Positions 9,856-20,422 are shown, counted from the first letter of the stretch. The stretch: DNA of 37,585 bases from Nitrososphaeraceae archaeon (GCA_035253945.1 DATFBG010000028.1:1-37585); one strand, 5' to 3'. The notes: a model not told the origin generated them from the sequence alone. Translations and numbers: made by a program.

Positions 9856-10401
9856 TAGTTTGCGGTACTCAAGATTTTCATGCTTTCCTATTTTTTTTAT
9901 GCGGTTAATACCATCTATGCTGCAGATGATATCGAAAACAGACTTGGAAACTAGATTACTCCATTTTTGGCCACGCAGGATTCTACGTCGAATGTAGGTA
10001 CCGTTGTAACACTTCTTCCTTACAAACCTGGGACTTCTTACTTCTAAATGAGAAGAGGCGAGGGAGACGACTAGTCGATTGCCAGAGTATATGATATCAA
10101 ATGGAGGTAACATAGAAATTAACATGGGAAACCACATTGCATTATTCTCTATATCAACAAGGGGTATGGTAATGATTTTTGAAACATCGACCCCTCCTTC
10201 AATTAGCGATTTACGTATCATTAGTATTCTTTCACCCGCGGTAAAAGGATTTGTAAAGGTATAGTTCAGTTGTGCGCTACCCACTACAATTAGTACTTCG
10301 TTGCACTCACTGAGGATTTGCCTTACTAGTAGCAAATGTCCATTATGAAATGGCTGGAATCTACCAATCACGACACCCCTGTGACTAGCCTTTTTTAACA
10401 T
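9760..10401 (-). CDS. nadM: Nicotinamide-nucleotide adenylyltransferase (archaeal NMNAT)
   Basis: GRFQPFHNGH, VGSAQ, NPFTAGERI, NGTYIR. The last 28 residues are encoded by the repeat element. Confidence 0.93.
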   Translation of the reverse strand: MLKKASHRGVVIGRFQPFHNGHLLLVRQILSECNEVLIVVGSAQLNYTFTNPFTAGERILMIRKSLIEGGVDVSKIITIPLVDIENNAMWFPMLISMLPPFDIIYSGNRLVVSLASSHLEVRSPRFVRKKCYNGTYIRRRILRGQKWSNLVSKSVFDIICSIDGINRIKKIGKHENLEYRKLPCLRKGTSSNNKWQNKTANVGYAGRPIKLGT

Positions 10402-10753
10402 TTACTCCTCATTTTTATTTAGGCTTCTATGTCGTTTTGGATAAGAAGCAGATGGTATTTCATTCTGGTCATACTTTTATAATCAATAAAAGAGAAAGGA
10501 GAGGAGCTGGCTATCATGAAAGATTTTCTTAGACATTTCATCTAGTGTGTTTCCAAGTATCAATAAATCTACTCCGCTTGATATGATCTCAATTAGTATG
10601 TTGTATTTTTGCTTTCCTATTGTTTTTCTATCTAATTATTTGTACCTAAGTTTCACTGTCTGAATCGCCGGGGAATTTTCAACTATATGTCAAAGTTTTG
10701 AAAATATTTGTTATATTTATAACCTCTCACGAAGTTAATACCGGTTATTATAA

Positions 10754-11983
10754 TTGAAAGGCAAAGTTGCCAAGACGGGATCCGCAGCACAAGGTGAATT
10801 ATCCTTTATTTGGGCACGGGATCACATGAGAATAATTTCAAAAATTCGGGAAAAAAATGTAAGTCGACAACCTCTAGCTGGCTACAGGCTGGGTTTTTGC
10901 TTACACATAACCAAGGAGACCGCTGTTCTATTGACGGCAGCAAAGGACCTTGGAGCCGAAGTCGCTGCCTGTCCTGCTAACCCTTTATCTACACAAGATA
11001 ACATAGCTGCGTTTCTCTCTGTACAAGGAGTACTAACTTATGCTTGGCGCGGACAAAGTGATGAAGAATACAAAGAGTGCTTAATGGATGTCCTAAGGTT
11101 TAATCCACAAATCATTACCGATGACGGCGCGGAATTGCACATCAAAGCGAACAACTTTGCATGGAAAGGCATTCTTGGAGGGACAGAGGAGACTACTACT
11201 GGAATAACGCGCTTAAGAACGCTGCAGGAAAAAAAGTCTCTTCTGTATCCTGTTGTAGGTGTAAATGATGCTCTTACCAAGTACCTATTCGATAATAGGT
11301 TTGGAACTGGCCAGAGTACGCTCGATGGACTAATAAGGGCTACAGGACTTCTTCTTGCAGGAAAAAATGTTGTTGTATGCGGATATGGTTGGGTAGGAAA
11401 AGGTGTAGCCACCAGGGCAAGAGGGATGGGCGCCATAGTAACGATAACTGAGACTGATTGTATAAGGGCCCTTGAAGCATATATGGATGGCTACGAGATA
11501 AGAAGGTTAACTGATGTAGCGGTCGCTGGCGCTGTGTTCATTACTTGTACAGGTCAAACTAAAGTAATTAGAGCAGAACATATCCTAAAAATGAAGTCAG
11601 GCGCGATTTTAGCCAACGCTGGACATTTCGATGTCGAAATAGATGTCAATTACCTTTATGGGCAAGACCCTAGCCCGTCATCCGTTAGGAAAGATGTAGA
11701 CTCATTTTGCATCAGGGATAAGAAAATATACCTCATAGGAAAAGGCCGGGTGATAAATCTGGTGAGCGGGGAGGGCCATCCTCCGGAAGTTATGTCTTTA
11801 TCTTTTGCTAACCAACTCTTATCAATTCTATTTATCGCCAAATTTCACAACAAGTTAAAAAATAGGTTATACAAAGTTCCATGCCATATAGATAAGACCG
11901 TTGCTAGATATGCTATTGAAGCCATTGGAATAAAAGTAGACAAATTCACAAGAGAACAGAAAGCTTACAAAAAATCCGTTTGA
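10754..11983 (+). CDS. ahcY: Adenosylhomocysteinase
   Basis: CLHITKET, NPLSTQD, DDGAEL, EETTTG, FDNRFGTGQS, GYGWVGKG, GHFDVEID, GHPPEVMSLSFANQ. Confidence 0.97.
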   Translation: MKGKVAKTGSAAQGELSFIWARDHMRIISKIREKNVSRQPLAGYRLGFCLHITKETAVLLTAAKDLGAEVAACPANPLSTQDNIAAFLSVQGVLTYAWRGQSDEEYKECLMDVLRFNPQIITDDGAELHIKANNFAWKGILGGTEETTTGITRLRTLQEKKSLLYPVVGVNDALTKYLFDNRFGTGQSTLDGLIRATGLLLAGKNVVVCGYGWVGKGVATRARGMGAIVTITETDCIRALEAYMDGYEIRRLTDVAVAGAVFITCTGQTKVIRAEHILKMKSGAILANAGHFDVEIDVNYLYGQDPSPSSVRKDVDSFCIRDKKIYLIGKGRVINLVSGEGHPPEVMSLSFANQLLSILFIAKFHNKLKNRLYKVPCHIDKTVARYAIEAIGIKVDKFTREQKAYKKSV

Positions 11984-12077
11984 CCTGCTTATTTGCTTTA
12001 AAGGGCTGTAATAGTATAGTTACTTTCTATATATGTCACAAAATATAAAATACGATAGAATCCAACACAATAGGAAA

Positions 12078-12383
12078 ATGGCATTGCATAAAGTGGGCCG
12101 CAGGGATGAGATTCGAGAAAATAAGGGAAAGGAGGTCAAAATAGAAAATGCTAGACTTGCAATATTTAATATCAAAGGAAAGTATTACGCGCTAGATGCC
12201 TTATGCAGACATCAGGACGGATCTCTTGCGCCAGGGCGAGTTGACGGCGAGGTGGTAGAGTGCCCATTACATTCTTGGCATTATAATGTTAAAACAGGCG
12301 AGCTGCTAGATTATCTTAAAGGAGTTAAGTTGGCAACCTATAAGGTAATTGTCAATGGAAATGATCTCTATGTAGACCTATAG
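12078..12383 (+). CDS. Rieske [2Fe-2S] ferredoxin, single domain
   Basis: CRH...CPLH ligand motifs. ATG 12078 chosen; 12033 is the longest-ORF start. Confidence 0.9.
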   Translation: MALHKVGRRDEIRENKGKEVKIENARLAIFNIKGKYYALDALCRHQDGSLAPGRVDGEVVECPLHSWHYNVKTGELLDYLKGVKLATYKVIVNGNDLYVDL

Positions 12384-12431
12384 TGTAGAAAAGATTAGAC
12401 AGAAACACACCAAGATGATAGATAACAGGCT

Positions 12432-13826
12432 ATGAAGCTACGTAATACACTTTCGAACCGTATAGAAGATTTACATCCTGTCAGCGGTATTGTAAGAATG
12501 TATGTTTGTGGCATCACGGTTTATGATCATTCACACATTGGTCACGCTAGGACTATAATATTCTTTGATGTTCTGCGCCGATACTTGTTGTTCAAGAGAT
12601 ATAAAATAACATACGTCCAGAATTTCACAGATATAGATGATAAAATAATAAATAGAGCGAAAAAGGAGGGCGTCAGGCCAGAAGAAATAGCAAAAAAATA
12701 TATGAACGAATACTTTTTGGATTTTGATTCTCTCCACGTCCTGCGGGCTGACATATATCCTCTCGCAACGGAGCATATTGATGATATAATTAATTTTATT
12801 GAGATCCTGATGAAAAAAGGTTATGCTTATGTGTCCCCTAACGGAGTTTACTTTCATGTCCGTACTTTTGACAATTATGGCAAGTTATCAAAGAAGACAA
12901 TTGAAGAACTAGAAGCAGGATCGAGAATCGAAGTAGATCCGCTAAAGCGTGATCCACTGGACTTTGCGCTATGGAAATTTTATTCAGACCAGCCAAACTG
13001 GACTAGTCCCTGGGGTAAGGGTAGACCCGGCTGGCACATTGAGTGTTCTGTTATGGCATCAAAGTATTTGGGAGATTCGTTTGATATACACGGCGGAGGT
13101 AGCGATTTAATCTTTCCTCATCATGAAAATGAAATCGCACAATCTGAATCGATATCCAGAAGGGAAATGGCTAGATGTTGGCTACATGTCGGAATGGTCA
13201 GCATTAATGCTGAGAAAATGTCTAAATCTATTGGAAATATTATTTCCATCGCTGAAGCAAAACATAGATGGGGAACAAACGCCATCAGAATTTATTCTAT
13301 CTCCGGACATTATTCCAAACCTATCGACTACGATGACTCGCTGCTGATAGCCTGTCTCCAAAAATGGAGACAGGTCGAAGTTTGTGCCTATGAACTCCGA
13401 TTCTCCATAGGATCAGGAGGAAAAATAAAGGAAATCAAAAGGCTATGTAGAGAATCCACAATTGCATTTGAATTAGCAATGGAGGACGATATGAACACCG
13501 CTTTGGCATTGAGCATATTTATGAAATTTGTTCATGAAATAAACAGATTTGCGGCGAATGAAGAACTAACTAAAGATATGTCTCAAATAGCAATAGACCA
13601 ATTTAACGGGTTTCTAAATGTTCTGGGCCTAAAAGTGGCCGAGCCAACTGAGTCAGAAAGATTGCAGATAGAAGCTCTCATGGAAGAGCGAAATAGGTTG
13701 AGGCAAGAGCGAAAATTCGGTGACTCCGATAACATCAGAAAAAGACTCAATGAGAAATACTCTGTTAGGTTAATCGATCATAAGAAGAGGACGATATGGA
13801 TGAAAATTGAGGATTCATTAAAATAG
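12432..13826 (+). CDS. cysS: Cysteine--tRNA ligase
   Basis: YVCGITVYDHSHIGH, GRPGWHIECS, HGGGSDLIFPHHENE, KMSKS. Confidence 0.98.
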   Translation: MKLRNTLSNRIEDLHPVSGIVRMYVCGITVYDHSHIGHARTIIFFDVLRRYLLFKRYKITYVQNFTDIDDKIINRAKKEGVRPEEIAKKYMNEYFLDFDSLHVLRADIYPLATEHIDDIINFIEILMKKGYAYVSPNGVYFHVRTFDNYGKLSKKTIEELEAGSRIEVDPLKRDPLDFALWKFYSDQPNWTSPWGKGRPGWHIECSVMASKYLGDSFDIHGGGSDLIFPHHENEIAQSESISRREMARCWLHVGMVSINAEKMSKSIGNIISIAEAKHRWGTNAIRIYSISGHYSKPIDYDDSLLIACLQKWRQVEVCAYELRFSIGSGGKIKEIKRLCRESTIAFELAMEDDMNTALALSIFMKFVHEINRFAANEELTKDMSQIAIDQFNGFLNVLGLKVAEPTESERLQIEALMEERNRLRQERKFGDSDNIRKRLNEKYSVRLIDHKKRTIWMKIEDSLK

Positions 13827-13914
13827 AATAGGCAGTATAATACGTCCCCATTTGCCGCTTTTAGGAATATTAAAATATGTTCTAGGAGCGTTTAAGATAA
13901 TGTGAGACACGCCT

Positions 13915-14034
13915 ATGAAAACCATTAGGAGTTGTGCCTTATGTGGAACCTCACTGCCCACAGAGGACGGCATAAATATTTGCAGTGAATGCATTAAAGT
14001 TGCTGATTGTTGCAACGGGCTAGAGGAGCTTTGA
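13915..14034 (+). CDS. Putative 39-aa Cys-rich zinc-finger microprotein (not in ORF track)
   Basis: Manual translation MKTIRSCALCGTSLPTEDGINICSECIKVADCCNGLEEL*; TATA-like TTTAAG at 13891, about 24 nt before the ATG. Confidence 0.68.
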   Translation: MKTIRSCALCGTSLPTEDGINICSECIKVADCCNGLEEL

Positions 14035-14054
14035 GAAAGATCCTGAAGGTGGTA

Positions 14055-14609
14055 TTATTCTACCATTTTCAATGTATCAGAAAGTGTAATTATTCCATTT
14101 ACTGCTCCCTTTTCGCTTACCAGGACACATTTTGAAAATCTTACTAATGGTATAATCGCCTTGGCCGGCACGCCTTCGTCCACTATTGGAGGAGGAGGAT
14201 CCATCATTACAGATATTAACATTTTACTAAGTTGCTGCTCTTCCTTCTCTATCATGCTTTTTGCCAATCCATCCTCACTAATAAGACCTATTACTCTGCT
14301 TCCGTCAAAAACTGGAACTTGACTTATAGAATTGCTTCTCATTTTGTTAATGGCCGTATGGAGAGACTCATTTTTTTGTACAGAGATCAATCCATGACTG
14401 CAAATATCTATTGCTTTCAAAGAATGCTGTTGCTCTAAGGATGTTAGTATTTCGAATATCCTTTTTGCGGTATCATAGCTTGGTTTACATCTTCCACATT
14501 CGATTTGATTGATCATGGATGTGCTAATTCCGGTAAGGTCTGCGAGTTTTCTCTGCGTAATCCCTAATCTCCTTCTGGTTTGCTTTATGTATTCAAGTGT
14601 TGGCAACAT
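14055..14609 (-). CDS. XRE-type HTH plus CBS-pair transcriptional regulator
   Basis: RRRLGITQRKLADLTGISTSMINQIECG HTH, followed by two CBS motifs (SQVPV...GLISE; GIITLSD). Confidence 0.9.
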   Translation of the reverse strand: MLPTLEYIKQTRRRLGITQRKLADLTGISTSMINQIECGRCKPSYDTAKRIFEILTSLEQQHSLKAIDICSHGLISVQKNESLHTAINKMRSNSISQVPVFDGSRVIGLISEDGLAKSMIEKEEQQLSKMLISVMMDPPPPIVDEGVPAKAIIPLVRFSKCVLVSEKGAVNGIITLSDTLKMVE

Positions 14610-14779
14610 TGTCGATGGTTTGATTTTATTATGGCATCAGTCTTATAATCATGATCTCACGCATATAGATTTATCAATTTAATGGTAATATAGCGGCTAT
14701 TTCCAGAGTCCTACGTTGCAAAACAGAAGCGCTGTTTCCCAAATGAAGTTTTATATTGTGAAGCAGCAAACGTGGATCA

Positions 14780-16078
14780 GTGACTGTAAGCAAGGTAAAC
14801 TCTGGTCAAAACTGGGACTCTGTCAAGAGATACAAATTGACAAAGATACTAAATAGACTATCTAATATTTCTGGACACGGCACTGAACTCGTTACCGTGT
14901 ACGTTCCTCCTAAGAGGCCATTGTTCGACGTAATAGCTCAACTCAGAGAAGAGGCGGGAACTGCCTCCAATATAAAATCTGACTTGACAAGGGCACATGT
15001 GCAGGATGCGCTTAGTAGAACAATAGAATATCTGAAGCTCTTCAAAGAAACGCCACAAAATGGCCTAGTTATATTTTGTGGAGCTATACCCAGTCCAAAG
15101 GGTTTTGGTACAGAAAAAATAGAAATATATCCCGTTCTTCCTCCTAAACCTGTTCAAATAAATCTCTATAGATGTGATGATCACTTCTGGACAGACCACC
15201 TTAGGGACATGATGAAAGACGAGAGAATAATCGGAATTCTATCCATCGACACCCAGGAGGCGGGGCTAGGAATATTGACCGGTGATAGATGGGAAGTAAT
15301 CGACTCGCTAACCTCTGGAGTTGCGGGTAAGCACAGACAAGGAGGTCAATCTGCGCGAAGGTTTGAGAGACTTCGTGATAACGAGCTAAATGAATATTAT
15401 AGAAGAATCGCGGAGCGTGCCCATACAATATTTATCGATCAATTCAATGTAAAGGGACTTATTGTAGGAGGTCCAGGTCCCACAAAGGAAAATTTCCTCA
15501 GAGAAGAATATCTTGATTATCGACTGCAAAAGAATGTCATTATAGCTATCGATACTTCCTATTCGGGAAGCGAAGGTGTTCGAGAGATCATAGACAAAGT
15601 AAACGACCAGGGCATCATGACTGAGTACCGTCTCATGGAAGAAAAAAAAATTGTCAAAAAGTTTATGGGCGAAGTCTTTTCCAACAAAGGTTTGGGCATT
15701 TATGGTGTCGGTGATGTCGTCAAAGCGGTTGAAGCTGGTATAGCCGATATGGTTATTGTGACAGATAATATAAGTTATGTTAAACTAGACTCAAAATGCA
15801 AAAAATGTGAAAACACAGAGCAGAAGGTAATTGATAGGTCGTCGCTAGTCCCAAGCAAGCAGGATATCATGACAATACCATGCCGTTCATGCGGTCAAAC
15901 AGACTACGATATAACTGAGAGGGACATAGTCGAGTATCTTGAGGAGTTAGCTGCAATTTCTGGTGCTAGGCTAGAGGTCATCTCAGGACAGACAGAGGAG
16001 GGAAATCAGCTGGCAAGTTTGGGTGGTATAGGGGCGATCTTGAGGTTCAAACCTGTCAGCAAGATGTCTTTAAAGTAG
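14780..16078 (+). CDS. prf1: Peptide chain release factor aRF1
   Basis: NIKS, YRCDDHF, GGQSARRF, C-terminal GGIGAILRF; CxxC pair insertion in domain 3. Confidence 0.97.
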   Translation: MTVSKVNSGQNWDSVKRYKLTKILNRLSNISGHGTELVTVYVPPKRPLFDVIAQLREEAGTASNIKSDLTRAHVQDALSRTIEYLKLFKETPQNGLVIFCGAIPSPKGFGTEKIEIYPVLPPKPVQINLYRCDDHFWTDHLRDMMKDERIIGILSIDTQEAGLGILTGDRWEVIDSLTSGVAGKHRQGGQSARRFERLRDNELNEYYRRIAERAHTIFIDQFNVKGLIVGGPGPTKENFLREEYLDYRLQKNVIIAIDTSYSGSEGVREIIDKVNDQGIMTEYRLMEEKKIVKKFMGEVFSNKGLGIYGVGDVVKAVEAGIADMVIVTDNISYVKLDSKCKKCENTEQKVIDRSSLVPSKQDIMTIPCRSCGQTDYDITERDIVEYLEELAAISGARLEVISGQTEEGNQLASLGGIGAILRFKPVSKMSLK

Positions 16079-16124
16079 TTTATTATATATCGTTACATAT
16101 ATAAGGAAACCAGATAGTCAGGTT

Positions 16125-16514
16125 GTGGTTCCTACGAAGATTATGATTATTGAAGACGATCAAGACATCCTCATGCTTTATAAGGACTATCTTAAGAGAA
16201 AAGGCCATAATATTAGTGTTAGCTCGACAACTGCAGACGAGGCACTACGCGATTATCAACTGTACAAGCCGGATTTAGTGATTATGGACTACAGGCTTCC
16301 AGGACAAAAAAATGGGCTTCAAGCCGCTAACGACATCATTTCTCGATATTCGACTGCGAAAATATTAATCATTACCGCATTCGAAGCAGTAAGAGAAGAG
16401 ATTGTCCAAATGAATTTATCTCGACATAAGCAGATCACCGTGTTAATCAAGCCTATTAGATTATCGCATCTAGACAGGATTATATCAAAATTCTTAAATG
16501 ATCTACAAGTATGA
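16125..16514 (+). CDS. Single-domain response regulator (receiver)
   Basis: IIEDD, VIMDYRLPG, NG, ITA, KP receiver motifs; no kinase in this window. Confidence 0.92.
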   Translation: MVPTKIMIIEDDQDILMLYKDYLKRKGHNISVSSTTADEALRDYQLYKPDLVIMDYRLPGQKNGLQAANDIISRYSTAKILIITAFEAVREEIVQMNLSRHKQITVLIKPIRLSHLDRIISKFLNDLQV

Positions 16515-16543
16515 GTATAAATCCAGATGCTCGTGCCCTGGCG

Positions 16544-17014
16544 TTAATGAGATCTTTTCTGCGTATCGGGTAGACCTATGTCGGAATAAATATGCATTAC
16601 GGACCTTATCTTTTGGGCTGTACTTGTAAGTTGTTCGATATTGCCTATAGTTCTGCTAGGCCATCTACCCTCTCGGCTATCGTCTGTATATCTAGGAATA
16701 ATATGGACATGAACATGCGGAATTATTTGGTTGGCTGCTCTGCCATTGTTTTGACCGATGCTGAAGCCATCAGCATTTAGGGCTGACATAACTGCCCTCG
16801 AAATAGTGGAAACAGTTGAATAGAGGTTTCCAACTTCATAAGGCGTCATGGAGAGTAAGCTTTCATGATGGGACTTAGGTATCACGAGGCTATGTCCGGG
16901 ATTAATTGGATACTTATCCATTAACGCCACAAAATCTTCGTTCTCATAGATTATGACGGCTGGCGTTTTGTATTTAATAATAGAACAAAATAGACAGGGG
17001 CGGTTCATATGCAT
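16544..17014 (-). CDS. HIT family nucleotide hydrolase
   Basis: CLFC, GHSLVIPK, HVHVHIIPR histidine triad. Confidence 0.94.
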   Translation of the reverse strand: MHMNRPCLFCSIIKYKTPAVIIYENEDFVALMDKYPINPGHSLVIPKSHHESLLSMTPYEVGNLYSTVSTISRAVMSALNADGFSIGQNNGRAANQIIPHVHVHIIPRYTDDSREGRWPSRTIGNIEQLTSTAQKIRSVMHIYSDIGLPDTQKRSH

Positions 17015-17149
17015 TGTAAGACCTCACTACTGCACTTTATAGGTTTTTAACTATATTGAATCTGAGTAACCCCATCTCTGTAAAGGATCGATTAGAAATC
17101 GATAGCATATTGTTCAATTTAAATATATCATAAACTCTAGAAGTATGAC

Positions 17150-17338
17150 ATGGCTGAAACAATAGAGTTAGAAAACTTTGACGTTACATTTTCTTTTCGT
17201 TGTCCCAAATGTGATTACCTTAATGAGGAAGTAACCTCTAACGATCTCTTAAGTGGTAATTCTGAATGTGGCATGTGTGAAACTGTCTTCAAAGTCGAAG
17301 GTCTAGACGCTGTAAAAATAGCAGCTACACTTGATTGA
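17150..17338 (+). CDS. Small acidic zinc-ribbon protein (62 aa)
   Basis: CPKC and CGMC knuckles; TATA-like TTTAAATATA at about 17118-17127; fills the intergenic gap. Confidence 0.75.
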   Translation: MAETIELENFDVTFSFRCPKCDYLNEEVTSNDLLSGNSECGMCETVFKVEGLDAVKIAATLD

Positions 17339-17393
17339 TTCTATGGCAGATTTTATAGATAAAGAATTTAAGCATAATTGAAACAGGTATGTT

Positions 17394-19079
17394 ATGTTTC
17401 TGAGAAGCAGAGAGACTATTAGCGGCGCCGCTAGGGCCCCTCACCGTGCCATGTACAAGGCAATGGGGTTGGGTGATCTGGACTTGGACAAACCGTTAGT
17501 AGCTGTATGTTCAACGTCGAATGAGTCCACACCTTGTAATATCCATTTGGGAGGCCTAGCGCAATTAACTAAGCACGGAATCAGTGAAGCGGGTTGCACC
17601 CCAAGGGAGTTCACAACCATTGCTGTCTCAGATGGCATAGCGATGGGGCACGAGGGCATGAAGGCATCCCTCGTAAGCAGAGAGATCATTGCAGATTCTA
17701 TAGAGGTAATGATGATAGCACATCAATATGACGCAATAGTCGGTATTGCTGGGTGTGATAAGAGTCTTCCAGGGACTTTGATGGGAATGGCACGAGCTAA
17801 TATGCCTGCCATTTTTTTGTATGGAGGTACGATTTTGCCCGGAAGGTGGAACAATTGCGATGTTACAATACAGGATGTGTATGAGGCTGTTGGAGCATAC
17901 GAGGTTGGAAAGTTAAGCTTGCGGCAGCTTACGGACCTCGAAAACGTAGCATGCCCGTCCGCCGGCTCCTGTGGGGGAATGTATACCGCTAATACGATGG
18001 CTTGTGTTAGCGAAGCACTTGGTATGTCATTGCCTGGAAGTGCTTCTGCACCCGCCGAAAGCCAAAGAAGGAGAGAAATGTCTGAAAGCAGTGGAAAATC
18101 GATCTTACAATTATTAGAGAATAATATCAAACCGAGAGATGTCCTGAGTTTCGAAGCGTTCGAAAATGCCATATCAATTGTTAACGCAATAGGGGGGTCT
18201 ACTAATGCGGTCCTACATCTTATAGCAATAGGAAGAGAGGTAGGAATTAAACTTCAAGCTAAAGATTTTGAGAGAATCAGAAAAAGAACTCCCTATCTTG
18301 CAGATATGAGGCCTGGTGGGAAGTACGTGATGGCCGATCTGGACAAGATTGGAGGTGTCCAGCTTGTGCTGCAAAAATTGTTAAATGCGGGGATTCTTAA
18401 CGCAGATACCTTGACAGTTACGGGGAAGACAATGCGAGAGAATATCTCATCGTTCGTTTCGCCCCCCGATAGACACAGTACGACAATGGTAAAAGCGATC
18501 AGAAGCCCCATTAACAGAGAGGGTACACTAAAAATTCTTACCGGCTCTTTAGCTCCAGAAGGAGCGGTTATCAAGACTGCGAATCTAACGAATAAAAGGT
18601 TCATAGGGAAGGCTAAGGTTTTCAATTCAGAAGAGGCGGCCTTTAGCGCTATATCACAGAGAAAAGTAAAGGCAGGGGATGTGCTCGTAATAAGGTACGA
18701 AGGTCCTAAGGGAGGACCCGGAATGAGGGAAATGCTGTCAGCTACAGCAGCATTGGTCGGCCAAGGAATATCAGATAGTGTTGCAATGGTTACCGACGGT
18801 AGGTTTTCGGGAGCAACGAGGGGGCTTATGGTAGGTCATGTTTCGCCAGAAGCAATGACAGGCGGCCCAATTTCTCTTGTTAAAGACGGTGACTTGGTGA
18901 CTATAGATTTGGATCGAGGTAAGCTAGATTTAAAGGTGCCCAGGGCAGAGATTAAAGATCGAAAGAAAAAATGGATACCTATCAGGCCTAGATATAAGAA
19001 TGGCACCTTGGCAAAATATGCCAGTCTTGTGAGATCGGCATCAGAGGGAGCAATAACTAGACCCATCTCTAGTAACTAA
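17394..19079 (+). CDS. ilvD: Dihydroxy-acid dehydratase
   Basis: [60 protein letters not shown]. Confidence 0.97.
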   Translation: MFLRSRETISGAARAPHRAMYKAMGLGDLDLDKPLVAVCSTSNESTPCNIHLGGLAQLTKHGISEAGCTPREFTTIAVSDGIAMGHEGMKASLVSREIIADSIEVMMIAHQYDAIVGIAGCDKSLPGTLMGMARANMPAIFLYGGTILPGRWNNCDVTIQDVYEAVGAYEVGKLSLRQLTDLENVACPSAGSCGGMYTANTMACVSEALGMSLPGSASAPAESQRRREMSESSGKSILQLLENNIKPRDVLSFEAFENAISIVNAIGGSTNAVLHLIAIGREVGIKLQAKDFERIRKRTPYLADMRPGGKYVMADLDKIGGVQLVLQKLLNAGILNADTLTVTGKTMRENISSFVSPPDRHSTTMVKAIRSPINREGTLKILTGSLAPEGAVIKTANLTNKRFIGKAKVFNSEEAAFSAISQRKVKAGDVLVIRYEGPKGGPGMREMLSATAALVGQGISDSVAMVTDGRFSGATRGLMVGHVSPEAMTGGPISLVKDGDLVTIDLDRGKLDLKVPRAEIKDRKKKWIPIRPRYKNGTLAKYASLVRSASEGAITRPISSN

Positions 19080-19210
19080 CAAAACTTAATGTATTCTGAT
19101 GCATAGTTGATAACGGTTTAAGAATTCAACTAGAATAAGGTTCAAACATTATGACATCTTGGACAATGAGTCATCTATAAATAAGCATATCCAATTTCGG
19201 TCATTATTAT

Positions 19211-20422
19211 ATGATAAAAATAGGATTAATTGGAAAAACAAATACAGGTAAAACAACATTTTTTAATGCAGCTACTCTTGCTAGCTCTGAAATTTCTAAT
19301 TATCCTTTCACCACAAAGCATCCTTCAACAGGCAATGCTGATGCGATAACAATTTGTGTCCACAGGGAGTTCGATATTCAAGATAGTCCAAAAAACTCTC
19401 GTTGCATTGATGGATGGAGATATATTCCGATAGAGCTAATTGACCTGCCCGGACTTATAAAAGGAGCATGGCAAGGGAAGGGACTTGGGAACCAGTTCCT
19501 TACCGTGGCAGCACAGTCAGACGCCCTTATTCACATAGTAGATGTTTCTGGAGGTATAGATGCGACAGGTAAAATCACCGAACCAGGGACAGGTGATCCT
19601 GTGGCTGATGTGGGGGATATTGAGGAAGAGCTGGCTATGTGGTACCTAAGATTGTTAGAAGGAAATAGAGACAAAATCTCCCGATCAATAAGCTCGGGTA
19701 TTGACAGCGTGACTGCAGTATCAGATGTCTTGAGAGGTATTGGAGTAAATGAGGAGCATGTAAAATTAGCATTGCAAAATAATTCTATGATAGAAGGTAA
19801 GTTTGATGAATATGATGCTCAGAAAGTCAAGGACTTTTCATGGAGTTTGCGTGACATATCGAAGCCTACCCTCATACTTGCAAACAAGATTGATCTCCCA
19901 TCGGCTGCTGATAACTTTAACCGATTAAGAGACAAGTACAAAGATATCTTAGTCATTCCATCAAGCGCAGACGCCGAGCTTACCCTCAGGCGCGCTGAAT
20001 CTCGTGGATTAATCAGATATAATCCTGGAGACGAACGATTTGAGATAAACCATCAGGAGCAATTGAACGACAAGCAGAAGTGGGCACTGAATTTCATTCG
20101 GCGAGATATTCTAGGTGAATATTTAAGAACAGGAGTGCAGTTTGCGATTAATGTGGCTGTATTTAAGTTGCTGAGCATGAATACAGTTTATCCTGTTGCA
20201 GATGTCAAAAAGCTATCTGATAAGCACGGTAACATATTGCCTGATGTTTATCTAATGGAGGCGGGTTCAACAATAGAAGATCTTGCCAAAACAATCCACA
20301 CTGAATTGGCAAAGGGTATATTATATGCAGTGGATGCTCGTGACGGGCTGCATCTTCCCAGAAACTACATCTTAAAAGACAGAGATATATTATCAATAGT
20401 CTCTGCAAAAAAAAGAAAGTAG
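19211..20422 (+). CDS. ychF: OBG-family translation-associated NTPase, archaeal YchF type, with TGS domain
   Basis: GKTNTGKTT, NYPFTT, DLPGLI, GLGNQFL, NKID and C-terminal TGS-like domain. Confidence 0.88.
   Translation: MIKIGLIGKTNTGKTTFFNAATLASSEISNYPFTTKHPSTGNADAITICVHREFDIQDSPKNSRCIDGWRYIPIELIDLPGLIKGAWQGKGLGNQFLTVAAQSDALIHIVDVSGGIDATGKITEPGTGDPVADVGDIEEELAMWYLRLLEGNRDKISRSISSGIDSVTAVSDVLRGIGVNEEHVKLALQNNSMIEGKFDEYDAQKVKDFSWSLRDISKPTLILANKIDLPSAADNFNRLRDKYKDILVIPSSADAELTLRRAESRGLIRYNPGDERFEINHQEQLNDKQKWALNFIRRDILGEYLRTGVQFAINVAVFKLLSMNTVYPVADVKKLSDKHGNILPDVYLMEAGSTIEDLAKTIHTELAKGILYAVDARDGLHLPRNYILKDRDILSIVSAKKRK

Noticed and set aside
10402-10753. Possible gene in the nadM-ahcY divergent gap
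   Set aside because: The longest stretch I found is about 50 codons on the minus strand, with no start near its beginning and no motif.
8932-16102. Shared TATATCGTTAyATAyAT upstream of mce and the response regulator
   Set aside because: It is low-complexity AT-rich sequence at the expected TATA position, so it is likely just core-promoter similarity.
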